A stretch of DNA of 63,699 nt, the filler included, from Candidatus Fermentibacterota bacterium (lineage in GTDB: Bacteria > JAFGKV01), in assembly GCA_016928395.1 (NCBI GenBank). It is 9 parts of 9 records of this genome, joined end to end, with 100 filler letters (N's around TTAATTAATTAA, not from the genome) between each part and the next. Parts side by side here need not be neighbours in the genome. Positions count along the whole stretch, not along the records: positions 35,621 to 40,827 come from JAFGKV010000255.1; positions 40,928 to 43,554 come from JAFGKV010000256.1; positions 43,655 to 53,289 come from JAFGKV010000257.1; 6 more parts are not named here. One strand, given 5' to 3'. This document shows positions 36,143-47,407 of this stretch, one piece after another; within the stretch, counting starts at the first letter, position 1; every line of letters starts with the position of its first letter. Made by a program: the position numbers and the translations under genes. Under the pieces are notes generated by a model, which worked only from the letters and a program-made list of their open reading frames with translations, searched no databases and was not told where the DNA came from.

Positions 36143-38596
36143 ATGTCAGACACCGAGGGCACTGTAAGCGTTCAACACTCCGGGCGAGATCCGGAGATGG
36201 CACTTCGGGCTAGGCTTGGCATTCCGGCAGATGCGAGGCGGATCATCGTGTTCGCGGAGTCCAGCCACTGGGACCCGAACTGGAGGTTCACTTCAGAGGA
36301 GTACTTCGAACGGCTGGTCGGTCCCAACCTCGATAAGGCCGTCAGCGAGCTGCTCAGGGAGCCACGCCGCGTATTCTCGATCGAGTGCGTCTTCTTTCTT
36401 CGCATGTACTGGGACAAGAGGCCCGAGAAGCAGGATACCGTCCGGACGCTGGTCAACGAGGGCCGGCTCCGCCTCACCTCAAGCGGAGTTACCACCGCCG
36501 ACACCCTGTTGCCCGGCGCCGAGGCGATCCTGCGGGACCTGCTGATTGGCCAGGAGTGGCTCCGCTCCAACGGCATGTCGCAGGAGCCATCAGTGGCTTA
36601 CTTCCCCGACAGCTTCGGCCATTCCCCGGCCCTGCCGTCGCTTCTCAAGGCGGCCGGTTTCAGCCTGGCTGCCATAACGCACGTCGACGGCATGCTGCAT
36701 CCCAGTTCCTATCACGAGTTGATCTGCAAGCGGTTCCCCCGGCCGCACTCCAGCGCGGCACTGTTGATGAAGGAGAGCCGATGCGCCGATTTCATCTGGC
36801 GTGGCCCGGACGGAGCCGAGGTCCTGTGTCATTGGAACGTGCATGACTACCGTCAGGGTGACATGCTGGCTCACCGCGGAATCGCGCGGGTGCATCTCTT
36901 TCCGACGGCAATTCACGACCCTTCCGACCGGAATGTGTCAGGCAAAATCCGGCGCTTTGCGCGCCAATTGGCCTCCTACTCTTCAACGCCGTACCTGTTC
37001 TGTCCCGTCGGCGGCGATTTCATCGACACCATCCCCGACCTCGTGGCCTTGCTGGACCGCTACAATCGAATTCACTACCCCGCCACCGGCATGTGGGCCC
37101 TCAACGCCGGGTTGGATGATTATCTGGCGCTGGTCGATTGCCGCCGTGATGTGCTACCCGTCCTCGAGCTTGATCCCAACCCGCGCTGGATGGGGTTCTA
37201 TGCCTCCCGCCCCACTCTGAAGAGGAAGTGCCATGAACTGGTTGACCTGTTGTTGCTCGCCGAGCAGCTCGCTGTCCTGCCGGAGAACGAGGGGCAGGCA
37301 GAGCAGACAACCAAAGACATCGAAGAAGCCTGGTGGCACGCCGCCGCCTCCAACCACCATGACTTCGTCACCGGCACAGCGACTGACCACGTGGTGCGCA
37401 CCGAACAGGAGCCGTGGCTCGACAAGGGGATAGCGGAGGCCAACGCCGCCATCGAGGGTCTGGCGCCGCGGGGTGACCGGCGGGTGAGGACTACATCAGC
37501 GCCGCTCCCAGAGTGGCGCCGGCATGGCGACATTCTGGAGATAAGCACGCCCCGCTACGTCATCGAGCTTGCGGAGAACAAAGGCGGCTCAATCCTTCGC
37601 GCCTGGAACCCGGTCACGCAAGCACCACTCCTGTCGGTGTCCAACTACCTGGTCAGTTACCGGGATTCCGGCGGCTTGTGGAGAATGGGTCATGAGTTCT
37701 GTGGCGGGTCACTCAAGGAGGCTGGTCGCTCGTCCAACCGCCCCGCCCCGCTGGAGGTGTATGACCGTGACGGCTGCCTGGAGGCTGCCTGTACCGTTGA
37801 GGTGGACGGCCAGACGGTTCGTCAACTGTACCGATTCAGCTCAGGCTCGACCGCAGTCAGATTCCGGGTGGAGGGACAAGCTGCCGAACGCCGCACGGTG
37901 ACCATACGGTTTGGCACCGGCCTGGCTCCCAGCCGGATGGCCATGGATGTGCCCGGCGGCATCGCGCTGAGGCCGCTGCAGAAGATATACGCCCCGACGT
38001 TCTGGCCTGCCCAGAGTCTCGTCCATTTCCAGGACAGCGCCAGCGGCAGGGGTATTGCCCTCTGCCTGGCTATGCCTGGGGCTGTGGCCTGTCGGCCTGA
38101 CGGAACACTGGAACTGGTGGCCCTGCGCAACGCTACTTCTGAGCGTGCCTTCGGTTTCCTGCCGCTCCTCGGGATGACGGTGTCCGGTCATGAGCGATCC
38201 CGCCATGTCTGCGAATATGCGCTGCTGTTCACCGAAGCCGGCGACTGGCGTGAGAACTCCATCCCGCTGATGGCCCGGAATCTCCTCGCCCGCCCGTGGG
38301 ACTCAAGCGCCCGTGCCGGACTGCGCGAGCTGGCTGCGTCTCTGGTGACCACCGATCAGCCGGAAGTCATGGTAACTGCGGTCAAACCCGCCTCGCGCGG
38401 AGGCGGGACCATAGTGCGCCTGAGTACCTGCGCGCCTGCTGGTCTGCCTGTCGAGGTGAACGTTCGCGGCCGCCCATTGAAGGCCGCCTTTCTCTGTGAT
38501 GCACGTGAGCGCGACCTTGGGCCGTTGCCGATCACCGGGCAGGGCGTGCGGCTGACCATGCCGGGCGCCATTGCCTCCGTTCGGATGTTGACTTGA
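36143..38596 (+). CDS. Glycoside hydrolase family 38 (alpha-mannosidase-like)
   Basis: SHWDPNW, YFPDSFGH (nucleophile Asp), FIWRGPDG and HHDFVTGT. Exact start is uncertain. Confidence 0.8.
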   Translation: MSDTEGTVSVQHSGRDPEMALRARLGIPADARRIIVFAESSHWDPNWRFTSEEYFERLVGPNLDKAVSELLREPRRVFSIECVFFLRMYWDKRPEKQDTVRTLVNEGRLRLTSSGVTTADTLLPGAEAILRDLLIGQEWLRSNGMSQEPSVAYFPDSFGHSPALPSLLKAAGFSLAAITHVDGMLHPSSYHELICKRFPRPHSSAALLMKESRCADFIWRGPDGAEVLCHWNVHDYRQGDMLAHRGIARVHLFPTAIHDPSDRNVSGKIRRFARQLASYSSTPYLFCPVGGDFIDTIPDLVALLDRYNRIHYPATGMWALNAGLDDYLALVDCRRDVLPVLELDPNPRWMGFYASRPTLKRKCHELVDLLLLAEQLAVLPENEGQAEQTTKDIEEAWWHAAASNHHDFVTGTATDHVVRTEQEPWLDKGIAEANAAIEGLAPRGDRRVRTTSAPLPEWRRHGDILEISTPRYVIELAENKGGSILRAWNPVTQAPLLSVSNYLVSYRDSGGLWRMGHEFCGGSLKEAGRSSNRPAPLEVYDRDGCLEAACTVEVDGQTVRQLYRFSSGSTAVRFRVEGQAAERRTVTIRFGTGLAPSRMAMDVPGGIALRPLQKIYAPTFWPAQSLVHFQDSASGRGIALCLAMPGAVACRPDGTLELVALRNATSERAFGFLPLLGMTVSGHERSRHVCEYALLFTEAGDWRENSIPLMARNLLARPWDSSARAGLRELAASLVTTDQPEVMVTAVKPASRGGGTIVRLSTCAPAGLPVEVNVRGRPLKAAFLCDARERDLGPLPITGQGVRLTMPGAIASVRMLT

Positions 38597-38719
38597 ACGA
38601 CAGCGCGCATGCCCGGTCGCGCGGATTCCTGAATCCGCATACTCTCCACTTGCAGGCCCGCGATCCTGGCGGCGCACCGCTCCCGGGTGAGCACGATTCG
38701 GGTCGATTGCCGCCGGGGA

Positions 38720-39490
38720 CTAGTCCTCGAAGGCAAACCTCCAGATGCAGACGGGTTCGCCGGGCGTCCTCTCGAAGCTTTCGGGTATCTTGAGCAGGTC
38801 CACCTTGATCTTGCGCTGGCCGGGGTAGTTCAGCATGGTCATCGCATATCTGGGCTCCACGTACTGGCAGACATACCGCAGCATGTTGATATCGTCAAAC
38901 ATCAGTTTCTTGTCCATTACGGCACACCGGTCGTAACGCAGTATGACCTCGCTGTCGCTCTTCACTTCATATAGACCGGGATAGTGGTCGGCCATGTTGT
39001 CCATGCAGAGGCCGCCTGCCTTCACCCTGCCCTCGACGGTATCCGCGTTGAGTCTGGATACCTCGGCTATCCTGGCGAATATGGGTGGGTTCACTTCCTC
39101 CATGGTCCTGGCCAGCAGGTCCGCGGCTTTGAGCATATCCATCCCTTCTATCTGCGACCCTATGCCGATGACCTTGTTGGTGAACAGCTCCCATTTCTCC
39201 TGCCACTGTCTCATCATTTTCAGCGTGTCGCTCTTCGACCTCGCGGAGACTTCCACCGTCTTGCCGAAAACCGGAGGTTCCACTTCCTCATTGACCCTGG
39301 CCAGCAACTCCTCGGCTTTCTGCCGGCCAACACCGTCCATTTGGGATCCCACCTTGACCAATCCCTTGGTGAACGCTTCCCATTGCTCCTGCCACAAGGC
39401 CATGATCTTCGACAGGAACTCTGTCGAGAATTCCTCCCATGGCACCCTGTCCCCGATCGGACCGCTGAAATCGTTTCGCTCCCTGGCCAT
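38720..39490 (-). CDS. Hypothetical protein with internal ~55-aa duplication (DUF6125/V4R-like C-terminus)
   Basis: AAGGGG RBS, two similar helical blocks, and three spaced Cys residues (DRC, YVC, VCIWRF). Confidence 0.6.
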   Translation of the reverse strand: MARERNDFSGPIGDRVPWEEFSTEFLSKIMALWQEQWEAFTKGLVKVGSQMDGVGRQKAEELLARVNEEVEPPVFGKTVEVSARSKSDTLKMMRQWQEKWELFTNKVIGIGSQIEGMDMLKAADLLARTMEEVNPPIFARIAEVSRLNADTVEGRVKAGGLCMDNMADHYPGLYEVKSDSEVILRYDRCAVMDKKLMFDDINMLRYVCQYVEPRYAMTMLNYPGQRKIKVDLLKIPESFERTPGEPVCIWRFAFED

Positions 39491-39551
39491 GCTGGTGCCC
39501 CCTTTCACGATGATTCGTTGCAGCCTGGAAACGCCGGGCCCGGTAGCTCTA

Positions 39552-40827
39552 CTACTTCATATCCTGCAGCACCCGCTGCGCGCCGTTCCAGCCCGGCACG
39601 CAGGTGATGCCCGGACCGGGGTGGCAGGCGGAACCGCACATGTACAGGCCCTTGATGGGCGTGGTGTACCCTCCCCAGCCGGGCACGGGGCGGTCGGTCC
39701 ACATCTGCCCGGGATGTATCAGTCCCGAGGCGAAGTCGCCACGCGTGACGCCGTAGGTGCTCTCGAAGTAGCGCTGGTCCAGGACCACCTTGTCGATGAT
39801 GGCGCGGCGGAAATTCGGAGCATACCTGGCTATCTGGTCGATGGCCCGCTCCGCCATCAGCCGGCTGAGCTCCTTCTGTTCATTGGGCGGCGCGCCGAAC
39901 GGGGCGTAGTGCGAGAAGAGAGTGGCCGTGTAGTAGCCCGCCGGCGCCAGGCTGGGGTCCAGAACGCTGGGGAAGCCGCAGTAGGCCACCGGCTCGTCGG
40001 GCACCTGCCCCTGCCGGGCCTGCTCATAGCAGCGGGCCAGATGCTCCGGCGACGGAATGTAGGCCATGATCCAGCGGACATTGTTCTCGTTGGCGAACGC
40101 GACATGGCCGGTGAACTCGGGCATCTCCTTCAGCGTCATATGGACCTGGATGTATCCGTTCTGGTATTCGATCTCCTTCACCGCATGCACGTAGTCGGAG
40201 GGAAGACGGTCTTCACCCACCAGGCCCAGGAACGTGGCCCGGGCGTCGATGCTGGACAGCACGACCCCGGCGGACAGCTTCTCACCGTTCTTGAGCTCAA
40301 CGCCCGCGGCCTTCCCCTTCTCGATAAGCAAGCTTCTGATTGGAGCCTCGTACTTGATCTTGCCGCCGTGGTCCTCGAACGCCGTCACCAGCGATTGAGA
40401 GAAGGCCCCGATGCCGCCTTTCGGGGTGCGGAAGTCGTACGCGTCGCCCATACAGTAGTGATAGGCCAGCGAGAGCGCACTGCCGGGCGAGAAAGGGCTC
40501 TTGTGGGTCCCGTCAATGGTGGAAGCACTGAGCGAGGCCTGGATGATGCGGTGCTTCGAGGGGTCAGGGAAGAACTGGCGGATGATGTCTATGCTCCGGC
40601 CCTGGAAGACCTTCAGGATGATGCTCCTGGTCTCGTCGTCGGGGGCCTCGGCGATCAGCCTGTCCAGGGGCCGGGGCTCGGTGAAGAGGTCCTTGTCGAT
40701 GGCGGCCTTGAACTTCTGCAGGAAGTTGTACAGCCCCGCCAGCCCCTCCAGGGCGTCCATGCCGTGGTCCTTCATCAGGTGGTTGGTTATCTCGTTGGTG
40801 TCCGTGTAGCCGACGAAAGGCACGTCC
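39552..40827 (-). CDS. Phytoene desaturase-like NAD(P)/FAD oxidoreductase (5' truncated)
   Basis: PKGGIG, GVELKNGE and TPIKGLYMCGSACHPGPGITCVPGWNGA. Confidence 0.85.
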
Positions 40828-40927
40828 NNNNNNNNNNNNNNNNNNNNNNNNNNNNNNNNNNNNNNNNNNNNTTAATTAATTAANNNNNNNNNNNNNNNNN
40901 NNNNNNNNNNNNNNNNNNNNNNNNNNN

Positions 40928-41335
40928 GGAGGCCTTCTGGAGCCGGGGGAGGTCTTTCTCCGGCACGCCGTTCGCGCGGAGGATTTCTGCCGTCTGGTCA
41001 AGTAGTCCGTCCATGTTCATGTAACGGGAGTCGATGAAGTCCTTCTCGATCTGGTGCAGAGCCACCTTGGCGCCGGAGGCCTGAACCAGCCGCCCTGCCA
41101 GGCCGTAGTGATCGGGGTGGAAATGGGTGATGAGTATCAGGGTTATGTTCTCGAACCCGAGGCCGATCTCGCGCAATTGCCGCTCCATGGCCGAAAAGGC
41201 CTGGTTGGTGTTCCAGCCGGTGTCGACCAGCAGCCACCCCTTGTCCCCCTGGATGAGGTAGGCGTTGACGGCCAGCTGGTCAAGCTGAAGCGGGAAGGGC
41301 AGCTTCAGCAGGTGTATGCCCGGGAGGATCTCCAT
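40928..41335 (-). CDS. MBL-fold metallo-hydrolase (3' truncated)
   Basis: VNAYLI...LVDTG...THFHPDHYG. Confidence 0.88.
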
Positions 41336-41338
41336 GGC

Positions 41339-42637
41339 TTACTTGCCCAGGCTGAAGAAGGCCTGCTGCCCGGGGAAGCGGCCCTCGGGGCCCAGTTCCT
41401 GCTCGATCCGGAGAAGGCGGTTGTACTTGCAGTTCCTTTCGGAGCGGCAGGGAGCACCGGTCTTGATCAGTCCGGTATTCATGGCGACGGCGAGGTCGGC
41501 GATCGTAGTGTCCTCGGTCTCGCCGGAGCGATGGCTGATCACGGAGGTCCAGCCCACCTGACGGGCTCTGCGGATGACCTTGATGGATTCAGTGAGGGTG
41601 CCGACCTGGTTGGGCTTCACCAGGACGGAGTTGGAGGCGTGGCCGGTTATGCCCCGTTCCAGACGCTTCATGTTGGTGGCGTACAGGTCATCACCGACGA
41701 GCTGCACCTTCTGGCCGAGCTTGTCCCGCAGGGCGTGCCAGCCTTCCCAGTCATCCTCCGCCATGCCGTCCTCGATGCTGATGATGGGGAAATTGGCCAC
41801 CCATTCGGCGTAGTAGTTCACCATATCCTTGCTGGTCAGGGAGGCCTTCTCTTTGGCCAATTGGTACTTGCCCTGCTCATAGAAGGAACTGGCTGCCGGG
41901 TCGAGGGCGATGAAACAGTCCTTGCCCGGCTTGTAGCCGGCTTTCTCGATGGCCTTGATGATCATTTCGACGGCCTGGCGGTTTGATTTCATAGAGGGGG
42001 CGAACCCGCCTTCGTCGCCCACGTTGGTGTTCAGTCCGTTCTCCTGCAGCACTGACCTGAGGGCGTGGTAGACCTCGCTGCCGATTCGCAAGGCTTGAGC
42101 GTAGTTTTCCGCCCCGCTGGGCACCACCATGAACTCCTGAAGGTCGGTGGAGTCGTGAGCGTGCTTCCCGCCGTTGAGGATATTGAGCATGGGCACCGGC
42201 AGAGTGCAGGCGGCGCTGCCGCCTAGGTGGCGGTACAGGGGAATATTGAGGAACTTGGCAGCGGCGTGCGCTGCCGCGAGGGACACGCCGAGTATGGCAT
42301 TGGCACCCAGCCGTGATTTGTCGTCCGTACCGTCAAGAGCAATCATTTTCTGGTCGATGCTGATCTGGTCCGTGACCGAGATGCCGACGACGGCTGCCCT
42401 GATTTCCTGGTTGACGTTCTTCACTGCCTGAAGGACGCCGAGGCCGCGGTAGCGCTTCTTGTCTCCGTCACGCAACTCCAGCGCCTCGTATGTGCCGGTG
42501 CTGGCTCCCGAGGGAACGGTGGCCACCGCCGATGTGCCGTCAAACAGCTTGACCTCCACCGCCACCGTGGGGTTGCCCCGTGAGTCCAGGACTTCCCAGG
42601 CGGCAACGTCTTTGATCGTCCCTGTTCTTGACAACAT
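41339..42637 (-). CDS. eno: Enolase
   Basis: [35 protein letters not shown] and SHRSGETED. Confidence 0.98.
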   Translation of the reverse strand: MLSRTGTIKDVAAWEVLDSRGNPTVAVEVKLFDGTSAVATVPSGASTGTYEALELRDGDKKRYRGLGVLQAVKNVNQEIRAAVVGISVTDQISIDQKMIALDGTDDKSRLGANAILGVSLAAAHAAAKFLNIPLYRHLGGSAACTLPVPMLNILNGGKHAHDSTDLQEFMVVPSGAENYAQALRIGSEVYHALRSVLQENGLNTNVGDEGGFAPSMKSNRQAVEMIIKAIEKAGYKPGKDCFIALDPAASSFYEQGKYQLAKEKASLTSKDMVNYYAEWVANFPIISIEDGMAEDDWEGWHALRDKLGQKVQLVGDDLYATNMKRLERGITGHASNSVLVKPNQVGTLTESIKVIRRARQVGWTSVISHRSGETEDTTIADLAVAMNTGLIKTGAPCRSERNCKYNRLLRIEQELGPEGRFPGQQAFFSLGK

Positions 42638-42639
42638 GA

Positions 42640-43125
42640 CTAGTCCCTCCTCTTTCCTGCCGCTGCAATGGCTTTCTCGACGGCTTCCTCTGCATCCCGC
42701 GCCGGGATTATGGACCGGTCCGCCTGTCCGTGGAGGGAGAGGTCCCAGGTGCCGAGTCCTATCACTTCGATACCGTTCTGAAGTGCGAGAGCGATCTCAG
42801 ACAGCGTGCCGTAGCTGCCGTCTACGGCGATGACTGCCTGGGCGGTCTTCACCACGATGGCATTCCGGGCATGCCCCATGCCGGTGACCACGGGAACGTC
42901 CACGTGGGGGTTGGCTGATCGGCGGTCATCTCCGGGCAGGATGCCCACGGTGAGCCCGCCGGCCGCCTTGGCCCCGCGGCAGGCGGCCTCCATGACGCCG
43001 CCCATTCCCCCGCATACCAGCGTGGCTCCCCGGCTGGCCAGCCCCCGCCCCACCGCCTCCGCCACCCGGGCATCTTCTGCGGAGCAGGTGCTGCCACCGA
43101 CAACAGCAACGAACATGTGTGGCAT
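42640..43125 (-). CDS. TIGR00725 / LOG-SLOG family protein
   Basis: [22 protein letters not shown] and [10 protein letters not shown]. Confidence 0.88.
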   Translation of the reverse strand: MPHMFVAVVGGSTCSAEDARVAEAVGRGLASRGATLVCGGMGGVMEAACRGAKAAGGLTVGILPGDDRRSANPHVDVPVVTGMGHARNAIVVKTAQAVIAVDGSYGTLSEIALALQNGIEVIGLGTWDLSLHGQADRSIIPARDAEEAVEKAIAAAGKRRD

Positions 43126-43330
43126 TTGCTGGTCTGACCTCTCCTGGGTCTAGGAGGGTTCAACGGGCCAAATTATAGCACCCCGATCGTGGAGGTAACA
43201 ACACGTGCCAAAGGCCGGCCTCACTGGCGACGAGGACCTTGGTGCGAATGGCAGGCCCTGTCTCCGGGGGCTTGTGCCGGAGGCGGCAGTGAGTGACAAT
43301 TGGGTTCAATGCTCGATAGGAGAAGCCACC

Positions 43331-43554
43331 ATGAGTGAAACGATTGCAGTTGAGACGATCGGAACAATCCACTCCCCGTTCAAGAGACTGGAGAACATGC
43401 CTGTCCAATCCCTCGGCGCTCTGAGCGCCGAGGGCACGGTGGTGGTCGAGGAGAGATCTGCGGAAGGCCTGCGGGATCTTGACGGATTCAGCCACATCTA
43501 CCTGGTGTACCGTTTTCACAAAGCGACGCGTACGGAGCTTCAGGTGGTTCCATA
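43331..43554 (+). CDS. TrmO/TsaA tRNA methyltransferase-like protein (3' truncated)
   Basis: IGTIHSPF...PVQ...GLRDLDGFSHIYLVYRFH. Confidence 0.8.
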
Positions 43555-43654
43555 NNNNNNNNNNNNNNNNNNNNNNNNNNNNNNNNNNNNNNNNNNNNTT
43601 AATTAATTAANNNNNNNNNNNNNNNNNNNNNNNNNNNNNNNNNNNNNNNNNNNN

Positions 43655-44273
43655 ACCGGGAGTGCCGGAGGTGGTGAGCCCCATCGATGGCGCGACGTTG
43701 ACCGACCAGCCAAGCCCGGTGCTGGTGGTGGGAGGATCGGTCGATCCGGACAGCGGCGATGTGGTCACGTATGGGTTCCGGGCGTATCGGGACAGGTTGT
43801 GCACCGACATGGTCGCCTCGGCCGAACGGGTCCCCGCCGTTGGCGGCAGGGCCGAGTGGTGCGTGGACGTGTCGTTGGCGGATGGGGACTACTGGTGGCG
43901 TGCGTATGGTGACGACGGGAAGGAGTGGGGGCTGATGACGCCGGCGGCGAGGTTCACGGTGGAGACCAGCGAGGAGGGGCTGCCGAGGGAGGTACGGCTG
44001 CACGGGCCGAGCCCGAACCCGTTCGGGAACGAGACGACGATACGGTATGACCTCCCGACAAGGAGCGAGACGAGGCTGGGGGTCTTTGACCTGATGGGGC
44101 GCCAGGTGCGGGTGTTGATCGATGGCGAGCGGGGACCGGGGCGGTTGAGCGTGACGTGGGATGGTCGCGACGGCGTGGGCGGAAGAACGGCGAACGGCTT
44201 CTACGTCATGAAGCTGACATCGTGTGGCTCAAGCAGCTCCGTCCCCGTGGTGGTGCTGGGAAGGGCGCGATGA
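43655..44273 (+). CDS. C-terminal part of a secreted protein with FlgD-Ig/T9SS-type domain
   Basis: YWWRA Ig-like unit, then PNPFGNETTIRY...FDLMGRQV...WDGRD...NGFY. Confidence 0.8.
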
Positions 44274-44340
44274 CGCGGAGAAAGGGCCCGGTGCTGTTGT
44301 CTCAGGCGATCCCATTGGGGATCTTCATGGAGGTGTGCTG

Positions 44341-46689
44341 ATGACATGCCCAAAGCGTGCGATCGTGATGTTCGCTGTGGTCGTTGGGGCGGGGACACTG
44401 CCTGGCACCGCAGACGAGGATTGGGTGACCGAGGGTGTCGACTGCCCGCACTTCGTCGTCAACATCAAGGAACGGGGCCTCTGCGTCGACACGGAAGGGA
44501 ACCCTCACATGGTCTATGGCGGCCGGGATGGTTTCTACTACGCGCGCCGCGACCCGACGGGCTGGCATGTGGAGCAGATCGCCGGCCTGTGCGGGGAGTA
44601 CATCTCCGTATCGCTGGTGCTCACCGCCGGAGACGAACCTCACATCGCATTTTCGGGCGACAGAGAGGATGGACCGGGCTCGTATCTGGGCTATGCCGCC
44701 AGAGACGCCGCGGGGTGGCATTTGGCGATGGTCGACAGCGCCGGTGACACAGGCGGATTCCCTTGTCTGGCCATGGACGGGCTCGGCCGCCCCCACATAG
44801 CCTACCATGCCAATGAATGGGCGCCAGGTTCGCTCAGGTATGCAGTGTGCGACGAGGGTTCATGGCTCATCGAGACCATTGAGGTACCTGAGACGCCCGG
44901 GGTCGGCCTCTCGTTGGCGGTGGATTCGTATGACTACCCCCACCTCTCCTATGTGGACGGTGTCAACGGCGCGCTGATGTATGTGTACTTCGACGGCATC
45001 ATCTGGGATCGTCAGGTGGTCGATGGGCAAGGCAGGGCGGGCATGCACAATTCCATCGTGCTGGATGCTCAAGACCATCCGCACATCGCGTACTACGACG
45101 AGCGGACACACGATCTCAAGTATGCTCGATTGGATGGGATCACGTGGTTCACCGAGGTAGTCGACAGCATCGGTTCCGTCGGCCAGTATTGCTCGCTGGC
45201 GTTGGACGAAGCTGCCGTCCCGAACATCAGCTATCAGGATGCCACGACTCCTTCGCTGAAACACGCCGCCAAGTCCGGGCAGTTGTGGATCCTCGAGACC
45301 GCAGTCACCGGGATCTATCCCGTGGGCTCGTCTTTGGCCTTCGGGCCCGACGGTGCGGTCTGCATCGGTTTCACCGACGTGAGCCAGGAGCTTGTCGGCC
45401 TCGTGTGCAAAGAGGGAGCGGGATGGGAACTCCAGGAAGTGGAACGCGCGGGAGTCGTCGGCGACTGTCAGACTCTGGTGCTGGATGCAGCCGGCACTCC
45501 CCATCTGCTCTACTACGAGGCCCTGCGTGGGCAGGTTCGGCATGCGTGGCAGGTTCGGGAGGGATGGCTGATCGAGGTCGTCGACGACGGTTCCGTGGGC
45601 GAATCCATCTCTGCGGGGATGAGCCCGTCGGGCGTGCTGCACGCGGGCTATTGGGACGGCGCCAACGCCGACCTCACGCATGCCTGGCATGATGCCTCCG
45701 GATGGCATACAGAAACGGTGGATGCGGCGGGGCAGGTCGGCCGGTACGCATCGGTGGCCGTGGACGAAGCCGGATGGCCGCAAATCGCCTACTTCGATGA
45801 TTCGAACACTGCCCTGAAGCATGCTCGGCTCAGCAGCAGCGGGTGGATCATTGAGCAGGCAGCCACTGCGGGGGGGCGCACCCCATGCATCGCTCTTGAC
45901 GCGGATGAGCTTCCCCACATCAGCCATTACGACGGTGCGGCGAAAGACCTCAAGTACTCGTATGCGGACGCCTCGGGATGGCACACGGAGAGCATCGACA
46001 AGCCCGGCGACGTGGGGAACTGCAGCTCGATCCTGATCGACGGGGCAAGGCGGCCCCACATCAGTTACACGGAAACGATCTCGGGAACGTGTCCAGGGCT
46101 CGCAATGTTGAGGTACGCGCATTTCGATGGGAGCGCTTGGCTCATTGAGACCGTTGCGGAGGCGAAATGGTGGAATGCAACGTCTATCGCGCTGGATGAT
46201 GCCGGTCGAGTGTGCATCGCCTTTGGGGCCTTTGGGAGCGGCCTTTCCCTGGCGACGAAAGGCAGCTCGGGATGGGATGTGCAGGAGTCCTGCCCAAGCC
46301 CGGGAGGCATCGGCCCTTCGCTGGCCTTCAACGACGATGGCCGCCCCTGCATTGTACACGGAGACAATGCTGCCAAGGATCTTCTCTACACCTACTCGAT
46401 CGGTGTCGGCACTGAAGACCATGGGGCCGGACCACACACAGGCGCGCTGCTGTCGATCAGCCCCAACCCTGCGCGGGATCGGGTGTCGATCGTGTATGAT
46501 AACGGTGAAGCCGGGCCCGTCACGCTGGGGGTCTACGACCTCTCGGGGAGACTTCTGCGTGGGGAACGGAGAGGCTTTCGATCGACCAGATGGGAGATTC
46601 CCGATGGCCTCCTCCCGAACGGCACCTACCTGATTCGCCTGGAAACGCCTTCGAGGGAGACGCAGCGCCGGCTGGTGGTGGTGCGGTAG
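44341..46689 (+). CDS. Secreted beta-propeller-like repeat protein with T9SS-type C-terminal domain
   Basis: About 14 repeats of W..E.VD..G.VG...SLALD..G.PHI.Y....LKYA, then a SPNP...YDLSGR...GTY tail. Confidence 0.8.
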   Translation: MTCPKRAIVMFAVVVGAGTLPGTADEDWVTEGVDCPHFVVNIKERGLCVDTEGNPHMVYGGRDGFYYARRDPTGWHVEQIAGLCGEYISVSLVLTAGDEPHIAFSGDREDGPGSYLGYAARDAAGWHLAMVDSAGDTGGFPCLAMDGLGRPHIAYHANEWAPGSLRYAVCDEGSWLIETIEVPETPGVGLSLAVDSYDYPHLSYVDGVNGALMYVYFDGIIWDRQVVDGQGRAGMHNSIVLDAQDHPHIAYYDERTHDLKYARLDGITWFTEVVDSIGSVGQYCSLALDEAAVPNISYQDATTPSLKHAAKSGQLWILETAVTGIYPVGSSLAFGPDGAVCIGFTDVSQELVGLVCKEGAGWELQEVERAGVVGDCQTLVLDAAGTPHLLYYEALRGQVRHAWQVREGWLIEVVDDGSVGESISAGMSPSGVLHAGYWDGANADLTHAWHDASGWHTETVDAAGQVGRYASVAVDEAGWPQIAYFDDSNTALKHARLSSSGWIIEQAATAGGRTPCIALDADELPHISHYDGAAKDLKYSYADASGWHTESIDKPGDVGNCSSILIDGARRPHISYTETISGTCPGLAMLRYAHFDGSAWLIETVAEAKWWNATSIALDDAGRVCIAFGAFGSGLSLATKGSSGWDVQESCPSPGGIGPSLAFNDDGRPCIVHGDNAAKDLLYTYSIGVGTEDHGAGPHTGALLSISPNPARDRVSIVYDNGEAGPVTLGVYDLSGRLLRGERRGFRSTRWEIPDGLLPNGTYLIRLETPSRETQRRLVVVR

Positions 46690-46957
46690 ATCCGGGGTCT
46701 GCTTTCGGGAGAGTGCAGACAAGTCCGGTCTTTGCCGGGCGACTCCAGGATCCATGGGACGGCCGGAGGGTTCCTGCCGCGACTTCCCATGGTAGTACCC
46801 GGTACTATGCTTCGCCTTGCTTCCCGCCGTCGACTGGGCATACATTCCGAGTGATCGTGTTGCATCCCTTCCGCCGCACGGGAAAGTCAGATAGCCTCCC
46901 CGAACATTAGGCGGGGCATCCGATGCTTGTGCTAGACCGTGCAGGAGGTTCGCGTCT

Positions 46958-47206
46958 ATGTTAGCTCAGTATCTTCGTGCAGCAATGCACCACGCTCGAT
47001 ACGAGATTCTCGAGGACGATGGGACGTTTTTTGGAGAAATTCCCGAGTGTCGTGGAGTCCATGCGAATGCCGGCACTCTTGAGGAGTGCCGGGAAACACT
47101 CGAGGAGGTGCTCGAGGAGTGGATTCTGTTGAGAGTGAGCCGCGATCTCCCGTTGCCGACGATCGACGGTGTTGAACTGAATGTAAAGGAAGAAGTCGCG
47201 GCCTGA
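46958..47206 (+). CDS. hicB: HicB family antitoxin
   Basis: YEILEDDGTFFGEIP...GVHA...TLEECRETLEEVLEEW...LP. Confidence 0.85.
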   Translation: MLAQYLRAAMHHARYEILEDDGTFFGEIPECRGVHANAGTLEECRETLEEVLEEWILLRVSRDLPLPTIDGVELNVKEEVAA

Positions 47207-47382
47207 TGGCCGGACTGGGCCCGATCTCGCGAGCGGAGCTCGTGCGAGCCTTGAGAGCTCTCGGTTTCGATGGCCCCTATTCGGGCGGGAAGCACAATTC
47301 CCGCGGACGAATAGCACCAGCAGACTTCAACACGGTGGTCCGGGAGTTCTCGTCAACGGAGACTGACGGAACATCACGGTGA
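47206..47382 (+). pseudogene. Truncated HicA-like toxin
   Basis: Manual translation: MAGLGPISRAELVRALRALGFDGPYSGGKH, then sequence with no HicA similarity to a stop at 47382. TGATG-coupled to hicB. Confidence 0.65.
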
Positions 47383-47407
47383 ACATGAAGACAGGAGATT
47401 CCAGCAG

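Noticed and set aside
38994-40883. 629-aa + strand ORF (likewise 44860-46845 - and many other antisense ORFs)
   Set aside because: Shadow frames of well-supported genes on the opposite strand in GC-rich DNA.
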